Source: a virus. From it: a DNA stretch of 64,000 bases. This document shows positions 6,338-15,942 of this stretch, piece after piece. The first letter of the stretch is position 1; each line of letters opens with the position of its first letter. The stretch is taken from IMG/VR virus record IMGVR_UViG_3300012665_000925, positions 1 through 64,000 of that record, one strand, 5' to 3'. The notes under the pieces are model-generated. The model was not told the origin of the DNA. It did not search any database and saw only the letters and a program-made list of their open reading frames with translations. The position numbers and the translations under genes are program-made.

Positions 6338-6856
6338 ATGTACCTTATGGAAAGAAGACCCGCACGTAAACAAGCCCTTCCCCCAAAGGAAGCTGCACAC
6401 CTCAACACTCTCTCGCAGGATGATTTAATGGCTCGCGCCTACGAACTTTATACCGCAGGCTGGACGCTGCAATCGATTGGGGATGCCCTAGTTCCGCCAC
6501 GTCCACGCTCAACGATTCGCTCTTGGCTCCTAAGGTTCCAGGCCCCCGACATCACGCCTACCAAGCCTGGGACTATCCCAATCCCGCGTTACCAGACGCA
6601 CGCTGACGGTTATCAGAAGCGACGCCCAGTATCCCCAGGCATTCAGCCAGATGAGCTAGCCCTGATTCAGGAGCTTGCTCCAATCGCCCAACGCTTCCGT
6701 GCCAAGGTGTCTTCTAACGACGCCACGCGCGTCGCAAATGACCAGTTGACAGCCATCTGTATCCGCCTGTATTATTCAGGAGTCACCACAACTGAGCTAG
6801 CAAAGGCAGCTGGTGTGACGTACCGAGCCATGGTAAAAAGACTCGGAAAGCTCTAA
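6338..6856 (+). CDS. Double helix-turn-helix DNA-binding protein
   Basis: GWTLQSIGDAL and GVTTTELAKAAGVTYRAMVKRL HTH-like segments; paralog of 8578-9117; the true start may be a leaderless ATG at 6347. Confidence 0.75.
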   Translation: MYLMERRPARKQALPPKEAAHLNTLSQDDLMARAYELYTAGWTLQSIGDALVPPRPRSTIRSWLLRFQAPDITPTKPGTIPIPRYQTHADGYQKRRPVSPGIQPDELALIQELAPIAQRFRAKVSSNDATRVANDQLTAICIRLYYSGVTTTELAKAAGVTYRAMVKRLGKL

Positions 6857-7001
6857 AAAGTACAAAGCACGCACGAATCTGTGCTAGGCTTTTATAGGAG
6901 AGCGTATCTGGCACTAAAAGCCAAGATACGCTTTTTCACATAACTGAATAACCGCTTAACACTAAACGACCTGTACTAACGCAAGGAAAGGTGGTCGCCA
7001 A

Positions 7002-7601
7002 ATGAGAAAGCTCATTTTATCGTCAGTAGTGGTACTGACACTGGCTGGTTGCTCTGCATCCGCAGCAGCAACTTCGCTAGGAAGACCAGAAGCTTCAGAC
7101 GTAAAGTCTGTAGTAGCAACAAATAAACAAACTGTTCTACCAAATGACGTAAGACAATTGACGTTTCTAGAGAAACAAGCTAGGCACAAGAAGCAACTAC
7201 TCGACAACACAAAGCGAGTAACCGCGGTGCTGAAGAAACTAAAGAAGACTGCAGGTAAGACCTGGTACGTCTTCTCGGGTTCCACCCCGTCTGGGTGGGA
7301 CTGCTCAGGTCTGGTGAGGTGGACCTATGAACAACTTGGAGTTGAGCTCGAACATCGAGCCTCTATCCAAGCTAAATCAGGAAAGAAAGTGAAGACCCCA
7401 ACACCTGGGGACATCGTTGCTTTCTACTACCCGAACAGTACCCGCGCCTACCATGTTGGCATCTATCTCGGCAACGGGAAGATGATTAACGCACCGCGCC
7501 CTGGTACTCGCACTGCGATTGAGTCCGTACATACCTACCGCCTTAAGGGCAGCAAGATTACGTACACTCAGATTATCAAGCAGTCACCAGCAACTAGCTA
7601 A
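7002..7601 (+). CDS. NlpC/P60 peptidoglycan peptidase with lipoprotein signal
   Basis: LAGC lipobox; GWDCSGLV catalytic Cys; HVGIYLGNGKMINA. Confidence 0.9.
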   Translation: MRKLILSSVVVLTLAGCSASAAATSLGRPEASDVKSVVATNKQTVLPNDVRQLTFLEKQARHKKQLLDNTKRVTAVLKKLKKTAGKTWYVFSGSTPSGWDCSGLVRWTYEQLGVELEHRASIQAKSGKKVKTPTPGDIVAFYYPNSTRAYHVGIYLGNGKMINAPRPGTRTAIESVHTYRLKGSKITYTQIIKQSPATS

Positions 7602-7674
7602 AAGGCTAATTGTTTTCGCCCTGGGACATGGCGTAAAACTGTCCCACTTTTTATTTTTGTGATAGTGTTAGGGT

Positions 7675-7857
7675 ATGAATATGGAAATGACAGAAAGAAT
7701 CATCGGCCTTGTAGCCGTTGTGATTGTTGCTAGTGCAGGCATTGCTGCCTACATCGTTCTCGCGGCTCGCCGCAAGAAAGCCAAGGAGGCCACCCAGGCT
7801 CTTCTAGGTACCATCTACAAGTACGCACCGACACCAACCAAGAAAGTGAAGAAGTAA
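7675..7857 (+). CDS. Single-TM membrane protein (leaderless)
   Basis: 60 aa; TM followed by a basic tail; TAGTGT -10 lies 6 nt upstream. Confidence 0.7.
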   Translation: MNMEMTERIIGLVAVVIVASAGIAAYIVLAARRKKAKEATQALLGTIYKYAPTPTKKVKK

Positions 7858-8024
7858 TGTATCGAATCCTAAACTTCCTACGAACTGTAATCTGGACCTC
7901 GGTCTCAGCAGTTGTTCTCGTAGCCGCAAGTATCGTCACAGCAGTCGCAGTCGACGCCCCTATGGCGTCTGTCTCTTTTGCTATCTCAGCAGTGGCTCTA
8001 GCCATCATTTCTAAGCAGGAATAA
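7857..8024 (+). CDS. Small two-TM membrane protein (55 aa)
   Basis: Hand-translated MYRILNFLRTVIW...; TAATG coupling. Confidence 0.7.
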   Translation: MYRILNFLRTVIWTSVSAVVLVAASIVTAVAVDAPMASVSFAISAVALAIISKQE

Positions 8025-8195
8025 ATGGGAGAGTTTCTACTGGCAGCTCTTCCGTACTTTTTGATTGGGCTCGTTCTGCTAGGGTTGGCTGTAGTCGTAT
8101 TGGTCATTCTTGCTTTTGCAGTAGTAGTAGCATCTGGCGACCAAATGGAAAGCGGCATCAACCACTCAAGAGGAGAAGATTTTGAAGATGATTAA
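8025..8195 (+). CDS. Small single-TM membrane protein (56 aa)
   Basis: Hand-translated MGEFLLAALP...; abuts the previous stop. Confidence 0.65.
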   Translation: MGEFLLAALPYFLIGLVLLGLAVVVLVILAFAVVVASGDQMESGINHSRGEDFEDD

Positions 8196-8481
8196 TATGA
8201 TTGTTCAGGACGCAGAAGACTTTCGTCAGCAACTACCAGAAACGGGATTGTTTGAAATCGCCGACTGCGCCGTACTGATTGAGGCATCAGACTTTACGCC
8301 CGTTCACGAGATTGAAACTATCTCTAAGTTCATTCACTACGCAATCAACGTTGTGGATTTCAAGGTAGTTCCTATTTCAGAAGGACTAGACCAAGGAGAC
8401 ATTCACGTCTCTATTGCGGAGGTTCCAATCCACATTGCAGAAAACCGTCCCAAGAGAGACCCTGGACCTAAAAAATCCTAG
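8188..8481 (+). CDS. Hypothetical protein
   Basis: AGAGGAG RBS before ATG 8188 (track start 8182). Confidence 0.7.
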   Translation: MINMIVQDAEDFRQQLPETGLFEIADCAVLIEASDFTPVHEIETISKFIHYAINVVDFKVVPISEGLDQGDIHVSIAEVPIHIAENRPKRDPGPKKS

Positions 8482-8511
8482 AAAAATTTTTCCAAAAAAA
8501 TCCGTTTCAAC

Positions 8512-8540
8512 TTGACAATTGCAAATGTAACCCATACAGT
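8512..8540 (+). promoter_or_regulatory. sigma-A-type promoter
   Basis: TTGACA-N17-TACAGT with upstream A/T tracts. Confidence 0.75.
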
Positions 8541-8577
8541 TAATACATAACGACAACATAACCAATAGGAGAGACAC

Positions 8578-9117
8578 ATGTACGTTAAAAAGCACCAGGT
8601 TCTACCAGCCCACGTAAAGGCAGATTTTGACTCAGCTCTAGACAGCGAGACTCGCGATGACTTCATCCGCGAACTTCGTTCAAAGGGTTGGACGCTAGAA
8701 GCAATCGCTACTGTTTCCGACTTGACTCGCGAGCGCGTTCGTCAGATTTCCCTTTCAGCAGGTTCTGGAAACCCAACTGGTTTCGAAGTTCCGAACCCAC
8801 CGCTAAAGCCAGTAAAGGCTAAGCCTGTTTACATCGAACCAACCCCTGCAACTCTTGCTCGTCTACTAGAGCTACAGCCTCTAGCACAGCAGGTTCGCTC
8901 GAACGGCAAGAAGTACCGCGAAGAAGCAGAGGAATACACACGTCTACTCAACCACGCCCACGTCAACGAAGGCGTTACTCTGTACCGCCTAGCAAAGCGT
9001 CTTGGCGTTACTCACGGTGCTCTACGCTTCCGCCTTGTTCGCTACGGCTACAAGACTCCAGTAAACGCTACCTCTAAGGTTTACACACCTATCCTTGACG
9101 AGAACCGTATCAAGTAA
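8578..9117 (+). CDS. Double HTH DNA-binding protein (sigma70 region 4-like N-terminal HTH)
   Basis: GWTLEAIATVSDLTRERVRQI; GVTLYRLAKRLGVTHGALRFRL. Confidence 0.8.
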   Translation: MYVKKHQVLPAHVKADFDSALDSETRDDFIRELRSKGWTLEAIATVSDLTRERVRQISLSAGSGNPTGFEVPNPPLKPVKAKPVYIEPTPATLARLLELQPLAQQVRSNGKKYREEAEEYTRLLNHAHVNEGVTLYRLAKRLGVTHGALRFRLVRYGYKTPVNATSKVYTPILDENRIK

Positions 9118-9398
9118 TGGCAGCGACCAAAACAGCTCCAACTGTTATGGAGATTCTTCAAAAAGGTATTGGTTCCAACTTCACTGTTCTGAACCCAGAG
9201 GACGGTTATCGTAAAGATAACTCCCTCTGGTTCGGGAACTGCTCTGTTTGTAACGAACGCGTTCACAACTCAAAGCACACCAATAAGTGGATGCACACCG
9301 AAGTCCTAAGCATTAAGTATCACGCTGACGGCAAGACTGTTCTAACTCGAACTACACGAGACCTAGACCAGTGCCCTGTAATCATTCTTGGAGAGTAA
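9117..9398 (+). CDS. Hypothetical protein (CxxC/His)
   Basis: 93 aa; TAATG coupling. Confidence 0.7.
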   Translation: MAATKTAPTVMEILQKGIGSNFTVLNPEDGYRKDNSLWFGNCSVCNERVHNSKHTNKWMHTEVLSIKYHADGKTVLTRTTRDLDQCPVIILGE

Positions 9399-9592
9399 TG
9401 CCACTCAAAGTTACTCACATCGACTTCAAGAAAGAGTATGAATTCAAGATTGAACCTCTCTGGTATGTAGGGTTCGACAGCTCCAACAGAGACGGCTCTA
9501 TGGCTACCTACGTTGATAAGTGGTACGCCTTAGAGCTGTATCTAGGCAGTAGAGCCATTCACGTCTACTGGTACAAAGACAAACTAGAGTAG
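9398..9592 (+). CDS. Hypothetical protein
   Basis: ATG 9398 coupled to the upstream stop; GGAGAG RBS. Confidence 0.65.
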   Translation: MPLKVTHIDFKKEYEFKIEPLWYVGFDSSNRDGSMATYVDKWYALELYLGSRAIHVYWYKDKLE

Positions 9593-9601
9593 AATAGGCC
9601 T

Positions 9602-10987
9602 ATGGCTAAATCGATAATGGAACAGTTGGCACTCCTCCCAGACGAGGAGCGTTTTGCTATTCTCAATGGCATGGACCCAGACCAACTTCTCTGGGACTGG
9701 TCCGTCTGGGGTCGTCCTGAACAGCAGGCTCCCGAAGGCGACTGGAACGTCTGGCTAGTTCTAGCTGGACGTGGATTTGGTAAGACCCGTCTTGCCTCTG
9801 AGTGGGTTCGCGAACAAGCCAAGTACACAAACACTGGTCAACGCCGTTTTGCACTTGTAGCCCGTACCGCGGGTGACGTGCGTGACGTTATCGTTGAAGG
9901 TGAGTCGGGAATCCTAAACGTTACCCCTCCATCAGAGCGACCTTTATATGAGCCGTCTAAGCGACGCCTAACCTGGCCCAACGGAAACGTTGCCTCACTC
10001 TTTACTGCTGACGAACCAGACTCGCTTCGTGGTCCGCAGTTCACTCACGCCTGGGGCGATGAGATTGCAGCCTGGAGACAGACTCCTGATGCTGCTGGTA
10101 TGACCGCGTTCGACAACTTACGTGTTGGTACTCGTCTTGGTGCTCAGCCAAAGATTCTAGTTACCACTACCCCGAAGCGTACTCCGCTTCTCTACAAACT
10201 TATTGAAGAGCAGAAGACTGGTCGCGTAGCGATTACTCGTGGCTCAACCATGGACAACGCTGGTAACCTTTCTGGCGCATACCTCGACACCATGCTCGGC
10301 GTTTACGAGGGAACCTCTCTCGCCCGCCAGGAGCTCTTTGGTGAAATGCTTGAGGCTATGGAAGGCGCAATGTGGACCGAGGAGCTAATCGAACGCTCTC
10401 GTGAAATGTCTATGCCACTATCTGCACCTCTACGCTGTATCGCAGTTGACCCGTCTGTTGCTGAAAACCCACGTGACGAATGTGGAATTGTTGTCGTTGC
10501 CTCTACCGCAGAGCATGACCTCTACAAGCGTCAGGCTTGGGTTCTTGAAGATGCTTCAGTTCTAGGCTCACCTGACGTCTGGGCTAACAAGGTTGTACAG
10601 ATGGCTCGTAAATGGGGTTGCCCAGTTATCGCTGAAGTCAACCAGGGTGGAGCACTAGTTCGCAACGCCATCAACACAATTGACCCAACCATCAAGGTTC
10701 TAGAGGTTCACTCCAAGCAAGGTAAGCAACTTCGCGCTGAGCCAATCACAATGGCATACGAGCAAGACCGAGTTCACCACGTTGGAAACCTTACTGACCT
10801 CGAAACTCAGATGATTACTTGGATTCCAGGTGAAGGAAAGTCCCCTGACCGCGTTGACGCGTTGGTTCACGGCCTTACTGCACTTCTTATTAAGCCACCA
10901 ATCGGTTTCTCGGGCGGAAAAATCCGTGCAAAGTCATTTGCAGCCCGAAGAATTACTGGAAATGGTGGAGGATTCCGAGTCCGCTAA
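9602..10987 (+). CDS. terL: Terminase large subunit
   Basis: Walker A AGRGFGKT, LRGPQF, Walker B AWGDE, TTTP motif III, nuclease AVDPS...SPDRVDA. Confidence 0.95.
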   Translation: MAKSIMEQLALLPDEERFAILNGMDPDQLLWDWSVWGRPEQQAPEGDWNVWLVLAGRGFGKTRLASEWVREQAKYTNTGQRRFALVARTAGDVRDVIVEGESGILNVTPPSERPLYEPSKRRLTWPNGNVASLFTADEPDSLRGPQFTHAWGDEIAAWRQTPDAAGMTAFDNLRVGTRLGAQPKILVTTTPKRTPLLYKLIEEQKTGRVAITRGSTMDNAGNLSGAYLDTMLGVYEGTSLARQELFGEMLEAMEGAMWTEELIERSREMSMPLSAPLRCIAVDPSVAENPRDECGIVVVASTAEHDLYKRQAWVLEDASVLGSPDVWANKVVQMARKWGCPVIAEVNQGGALVRNAINTIDPTIKVLEVHSKQGKQLRAEPITMAYEQDRVHHVGNLTDLETQMITWIPGEGKSPDRVDALVHGLTALLIKPPIGFSGGKIRAKSFAARRITGNGGGFRVR

Positions 10988-11346
10988 TGAAAATCATCTA
11001 CGATGTCTTCCCTGCACACGTTGCAGTGCTTCCAGCTGGCGTTTTAACTGACCCTAGAGACCTGTCTAGCCAACCAAACAGCGAAAACTCTTACTATGTT
11101 GGCAAAGCACGCGTTGTTTTGACCGAAACTACCATTGTTATCGCTGTTGACGCCCCCGAGGGTGCTCAAATCATCTTCCGAGAGAGCTACATTGACTTCT
11201 TCAAGTCAAAAACTACGTCCGAAGACTCCCACATCATCACTTCTAGCGGCAAAATGGTAGCTTTTAAGAAAGATAACAACTGCGGATGCGGTTCCAGACT
11301 CCGAAGTTGGAACGTTTACAACACTTTGACTGCTTTAGGACACTAA
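10987..11346 (+). CDS. Hypothetical protein (CGCG motif)
   Basis: 119 aa; coupled to terL. Confidence 0.75.
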   Translation: MKIIYDVFPAHVAVLPAGVLTDPRDLSSQPNSENSYYVGKARVVLTETTIVIAVDAPEGAQIIFRESYIDFFKSKTTSEDSHIITSSGKMVAFKKDNNCGCGSRLRSWNVYNTLTALGH

Positions 11347-11347
11347 A

Positions 11348-11635
11348 TTGACTATTGACATCTTCACTTACGTAATTCTCGCTCTTGCAACGCACAGAGT
11401 GACTCGTTTAATTACGACAGATACCATCTTCAACGCTTTGCGTGAAAAGATTTGGAACAAATTTCCACCGAATAAAGTAAATCTAGGTTATCTCATCACT
11501 TGTGACTGGTGTACGAGCCTTTGGGTTGCTGGAATCCTAATTCCTGCGTACCTTCTCGCTCCAGCAGTTGTATTTGTGGTATCATTAGTCCTAGCAACCT
11601 CTTCTATCGTTGGATTTTTGGCCGCACGGTTTTAA
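11348..11635 (+). CDS. DUF1360-like membrane protein
   Basis: LATHRVTRLITTD...LITCDWCTSLW signature. Confidence 0.75.
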   Translation: MTIDIFTYVILALATHRVTRLITTDTIFNALREKIWNKFPPNKVNLGYLITCDWCTSLWVAGILIPAYLLAPAVVFVVSLVLATSSIVGFLAARF

Positions 11636-11670
11636 CTAAACCGTTCCGTTAAATAGAGACAGGACCCAAA

Positions 11671-13479
11671 TTGGGAATTTTCAAGCGTGAGCCTAATAAG
11701 CCGTCGCGTGCTCCGTCCACCAATGGTATTCGTGCTACCTCTCCTGGTGCACGCCCAGCTCAGCCCGCAGTTTGGCAAGACTCTTTTGGAATCGTTTATG
11801 CCAGCCCTGCCGCATTCTCCGAACCTCGCCCACTGACCGCTGCCGCGACTCAGATTAAGATTGGCGATGTCAGCGAAGCAAATCTCTTCAAGTCTCGTCG
11901 TCAGTCAGCTTCTTCAGCTTGGCAGCGCGAGGCGTGGGAGTATTACGACGCCATTGGAGAAATTAAATATGCGTTTAACCTCGTTGCTTCAGTTGTCTCG
12001 CGTATCCGACTCTATGCTGCAAGTATTGATGACCCAGCAGAGGCTCCTGTTACTGTACGTAAATCAGAGGTAGTCGACAAAGAGCTAGCTGCTGCTGCAG
12101 AACGTGCTCTAGACCGTCTAAGCTCAGCCTACGGAGGCCAGTCTGGTCTTCTAAAGGACACTGCCCTCAACTTGCAGGTTACTGGCGAGTGCTACCTAGT
12201 TCAAATCCCAGAGCGTATCGGTTCAGGACTTCCAGAGAGCTGGGACATCCGCTCAACTGACGAACTTCAGGTTGACGCCAAGGGTAACTACATTATTAAC
12301 CCGCGTCGTGAAGTATCTACTGGCGGCTCTTCAATGCTGTCTGGTGGTGCTGCAGATGTTATCCGCCTACCTAAGACTGCGTTCATCGGACGCATGTGGA
12401 AGGCTCACCCACGCTACTCACAGGAGTCTGACAGCTCGCTACGCGGCCTTTTGGACCTTTGTGCGGAACTACTACTTCTTAACCGCACCTTCCGTGCTAC
12501 AGCTCGCTCACGCCTCAACGCTGGTGCCTTGTATCTACCAGATGGTCTATCAACTGCAGCAATGCCAGACCCTGACTACCCTTATGACGAGAACGGCGAA
12601 TACAACCAGCAGTTCAACGCCGAGGAATCAGCTGACGACTTCGAAGACCAGCTCATCGACGCTATGACCACGCCTATTAAGGACGAAGACTCCGCGAGCG
12701 CCGTTGTACCTCTAATCATTCGTGGTCCAGCAGAGCTTGGCGACAAGATTAAGCAGTTCAAGTTCGAGCGTTCATTCGACCCTGCTCTAGCAGAGCGTTC
12801 AGAACGTGTCCTAGAGCGCATCATGCAGGGCCTAGACGTCCCTAAGGACATCGTTTCGGGTCTGGCTAACGTCAAGTACTCAAACGCCCTACAGATTGAC
12901 GAGAGCCTCTATAAGGCACACATCGAGCCGCTGATGCTTCTTATCTCTGACGCTCTAACTGTTGTCTACCTACGTCCTTACCTAATCTCTCTTGGCTACG
13001 CAGAAGCAGACGTAAACCGTCTTGTCATCTGGTACGACCCAAGCCAGATTGCAACTCGTAACGACCGTGCATCTGACGCAGACGCTGGCTTTGACAAGAT
13101 GGCCGTCAGCTACGACACATGGAGACGTGCTCACGGATTCTCAGACCAAGATGCACCTAGCCCAATGGAGCTAGCAATGCGTCTTATCATCAGCAAGGGT
13201 GCAATCACACCTGAGCTTACTGAAGCCATGCTTGGAGCAGTTGCTCCAGAGCTTATGGAAAAAGTTAAGGGCATTGCACAGGCTGATTCTGTTGCACCAG
13301 TTCCACCTGAGGTTCAGAACATCCTCAACGGAATGGGCGGCGGAGCTCCTGCAGCTGGAGGTGCTGCTGTACCTACTCCAGGCGCTGCACCTGCTCCTGC
13401 CCCGACCCCTGAAGCAGTACCACCAGGCCTAGCCGAACCAACCCCGACACCACCCGCCCCTGAAGCACCAACCGCATAG
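11671..13479 (+). CDS. Portal protein
   Basis: Position after terminase; WQREAWEYYDAIGE motif of actinophage portals; Pro/Ala-rich tail. Confidence 0.85.
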   Translation: MGIFKREPNKPSRAPSTNGIRATSPGARPAQPAVWQDSFGIVYASPAAFSEPRPLTAAATQIKIGDVSEANLFKSRRQSASSAWQREAWEYYDAIGEIKYAFNLVASVVSRIRLYAASIDDPAEAPVTVRKSEVVDKELAAAAERALDRLSSAYGGQSGLLKDTALNLQVTGECYLVQIPERIGSGLPESWDIRSTDELQVDAKGNYIINPRREVSTGGSSMLSGGAADVIRLPKTAFIGRMWKAHPRYSQESDSSLRGLLDLCAELLLLNRTFRATARSRLNAGALYLPDGLSTAAMPDPDYPYDENGEYNQQFNAEESADDFEDQLIDAMTTPIKDEDSASAVVPLIIRGPAELGDKIKQFKFERSFDPALAERSERVLERIMQGLDVPKDIVSGLANVKYSNALQIDESLYKAHIEPLMLLISDALTVVYLRPYLISLGYAEADVNRLVIWYDPSQIATRNDRASDADAGFDKMAVSYDTWRRAHGFSDQDAPSPMELAMRLIISKGAITPELTEAMLGAVAPELMEKVKGIAQADSVAPVPPEVQNILNGMGGGAPAAGGAAVPTPGAAPAPAPTPEAVPPGLAEPTPTPPAPEAPTA

Positions 13480-13487
13480 GAAATCAA

Positions 13488-14000
13488 ATGGAAAACACAA
13501 TTGTAGAAGCCAACATTGCTAGCCGCAGTGAAGAGCTAGCTCTTGTTAAAGGAAGCCCAGCACTAGCTCAGCACTTGGCTAAGCTTGTCGGTACTTTATT
13601 CGTATTTCAGACTGAAGCTCACGGCTTCCACTGGAACGTCAAGGGTAAAGACTTCCGTGAGTTCCACGAATTCTTTGGTGAAATCTACGAGACCGCTGAT
13701 GGATTCATCGACGACGCAGCCGAGAACATTCTTAAGCTCGGCTATGACGCCCCTTACCTTCTAACTGACTTCATCGAGCTTTCATGCATCGAACAGCGCG
13801 AGCGTGTTACCACTGGTGACATTCAGCAGATGTCTCAGATTCTTCTTACTGACAACGCAAAACTTCTCAAGGACACCAAGGAAGCTTTTGACTGCGCCAA
13901 CTCCTGCAACGAGCAGGGCATTGCAAACTTCCTAGCTGAGGTCATCAACGCTCACGAGAAGATTCAGTGGCAACTACGAGCAACACTAAACGTTCAGTAA
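13488..14000 (+). CDS. dps: Dps/ferritin-like protein
   Basis: HGFHWNVKG.DF..FHEFF.EIY, DDAAENI..LG and HEKIQWQL ferroxidase motifs. Confidence 0.9.
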   Translation: MENTIVEANIASRSEELALVKGSPALAQHLAKLVGTLFVFQTEAHGFHWNVKGKDFREFHEFFGEIYETADGFIDDAAENILKLGYDAPYLLTDFIELSCIEQRERVTTGDIQQMSQILLTDNAKLLKDTKEAFDCANSCNEQGIANFLAEVINAHEKIQWQLRATLNVQ

Positions 14001-14019
14001 TCTAACCCAAGGATAAATT

Positions 14020-14700
14020 ATGTCTGAGTATCTTTCACAAGTACTAGCTGGCGGAGAGGCCATTAGCGAAGAGGTCGCTACACCTACCGTTGCCAGTGGC
14101 GGAGCAGGCGGAGCATCTTTCCCTGTTCTAAAAGAGGGAGATGTTCAGGAGCCTACGAAGGGTTCAGAGCTGAAGCCTAAGAAGGTTAAGTTCTCTAGGG
14201 CAGTTGAATCTGCTCTAGCAGAGAAACAAAAATCATGCTCTGATATCGAACTAGATGTCTTGCGTGCCGTGTACCGACGCGGAGCTGGGTCATACGATGC
14301 AGCAGAGACTAACCACATGACTCGTCACAACTGGGCGATGGCACGTGTTGATGCATTTACTACTCTGTGCACCAGCCCGTCCGATGTGTCCTCTAACTAC
14401 ACTGCTGACCATGACCTACTCCCGTGGGGACACGAACTCTCCACTCGTAACGATACTGACTACTCGGTAGAACTAAGCGTCATCCCGATTGGTGAAGACG
14501 AGTACTCAACTCAAGAAGAAGCCATCTTCTCTCTTGCAGAATTCTCTGGCCTTGGCTACGAGACGATTCCAGCAATCCGTGCCGCATGGATGCGTGGAAT
14601 CAAAAACAACGAAAACCCATATGAGCGTGCCGCCCTCTTGGCATCTGCTCTGTACGACAGCCAAGACGCTGACCTACTCCCACTGAAAGGCATCCTCTAA
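14020..14700 (+). CDS. Head-module hypothetical protein
   Basis: AVYRRGAG...WAMARVDAF...DHDLLP..H motif recalled from phage head-morphogenesis fusions. Confidence 0.75.
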   Translation: MSEYLSQVLAGGEAISEEVATPTVASGGAGGASFPVLKEGDVQEPTKGSELKPKKVKFSRAVESALAEKQKSCSDIELDVLRAVYRRGAGSYDAAETNHMTRHNWAMARVDAFTTLCTSPSDVSSNYTADHDLLPWGHELSTRNDTDYSVELSVIPIGEDEYSTQEEAIFSLAEFSGLGYETIPAIRAAWMRGIKNNENPYERAALLASALYDSQDADLLPLKGIL

Positions 14701-14702
14701 AA

Positions 14703-15860
14703 ATGACCGAGATTATCGAAACCACAGAAACGGTCGAAGCAACTGAGCTGCTGACCCGTAAAGAAGTATCTGCCATGATTGCTGCAGCCAACTCCGCGAT
14801 TGTTAGCCCAATCCGTAAGGTTCACGCAAGTCTAGTAGATGACGTCATCGAGCGTACTTACCTTGAGACCGATGGTCTTAATAAGAAGTCACGCAACTTT
14901 GCTATCCGCAAGGCTGTTGGCAACTACATCGACCTAGTAACTAAGGGACTCACTGCTAGCGCAGCTGACAACCACTTTGACCTACTAACTCCAGCACACC
15001 CTTACTCTTCTTCTGCTACAGCTTTGTCTGACAAAGAAGTTCGCGACCTTCGCGCTCAGTGGGTTGCAGCTGAGCCTGGTATCAAGAACGAGTACCGCCC
15101 AATCGTTGCTGCTGCTCTATCCCTAGACCCAGGTTCTATGGAAGCAGTTCACGCAGAGATTCGCGTTATGGCTCTGACTGCTGCTGGAGAGCTTCCTGCT
15201 CACTTGACTAGCTATGGTCCAGCAATCACTGCATCTGCTCTGGCTGACTTTGACTACGGCTCACTTCGTGAAGAAGAGTACCAAGAGACACGCGATGCGT
15301 TGTTCTCTCTAGTTGTAGAGCAGAAAGCTCTTACTGCTTCTGGTGCATTGGCTTACGATGTTGATGGTAGCCTTGCTCGTCGCATCTACCGTGGAGACTC
15401 TCGCAAGAGCATCATCTCTCACCTAGAGCGTAGCGCAGCATTCAACGCTGCTGTCGAGTCACTAGATGCAGACCTAACCTTTGCTGACCCATTCACCATT
15501 CAGGCACGCGAGCAGTTCTCACAGTTCTTCGATGCACTTACCGAACTTGCTGACTCACCACGAGTTATCGACCTTCGCGAGATTGCTGCTGACTCAGTTG
15601 CTAAGTATGACGAGACTGGCGAAATTGCTCAGGCAATCACCGCTGGTGCTGATTCCAAGTATGTTCTTGCAAAGCTTTCAGACGTAGCTGAGTGGAATGA
15701 TGACCTAGCTGACTTCAACCTTCTTTCTGAAGAGGAAGACCTAGAAGACGAGAAGTTCTCGGCATGGGCTCAGTTCAACAACATCTACGAGTCAGTTCTC
15801 GACATCGATGGTGAAATGTTTAACCACGTACCACTAAGAGTTGTAGTACCGTCCAAATAA
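14703..15860 (+). CDS. Head-module hypothetical protein with multiple [LI]TA[SAG] motifs
   Basis: 385 aa; GAAAGG RBS. Confidence 0.8.
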   Translation: MTEIIETTETVEATELLTRKEVSAMIAAANSAIVSPIRKVHASLVDDVIERTYLETDGLNKKSRNFAIRKAVGNYIDLVTKGLTASAADNHFDLLTPAHPYSSSATALSDKEVRDLRAQWVAAEPGIKNEYRPIVAAALSLDPGSMEAVHAEIRVMALTAAGELPAHLTSYGPAITASALADFDYGSLREEEYQETRDALFSLVVEQKALTASGALAYDVDGSLARRIYRGDSRKSIISHLERSAAFNAAVESLDADLTFADPFTIQAREQFSQFFDALTELADSPRVIDLREIAADSVAKYDETGEIAQAITAGADSKYVLAKLSDVAEWNDDLADFNLLSEEEDLEDEKFSAWAQFNNIYESVLDIDGEMFNHVPLRVVVPSK

Positions 15861-15942
15861 CCCTTTGGAAAGTTCTATAAACTTTACTTAGGTACTTTCT
15901 ATTGGGATACATTTCCCCCTACGCCCTAACTAAAGGAATACA

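Noticed and set aside
6900-7001. c-di-AMP (ydaO) riboswitch before the NlpC/P60 gene
   Set aside because: Only a CTGAAT word matches. The region is too short and lacks the other conserved elements, so it is kept only as a generic structured leader.
7730-8161. 143-aa minus-strand ORF
   Set aside because: Antisense shadow of three coupled plus-strand membrane protein genes.
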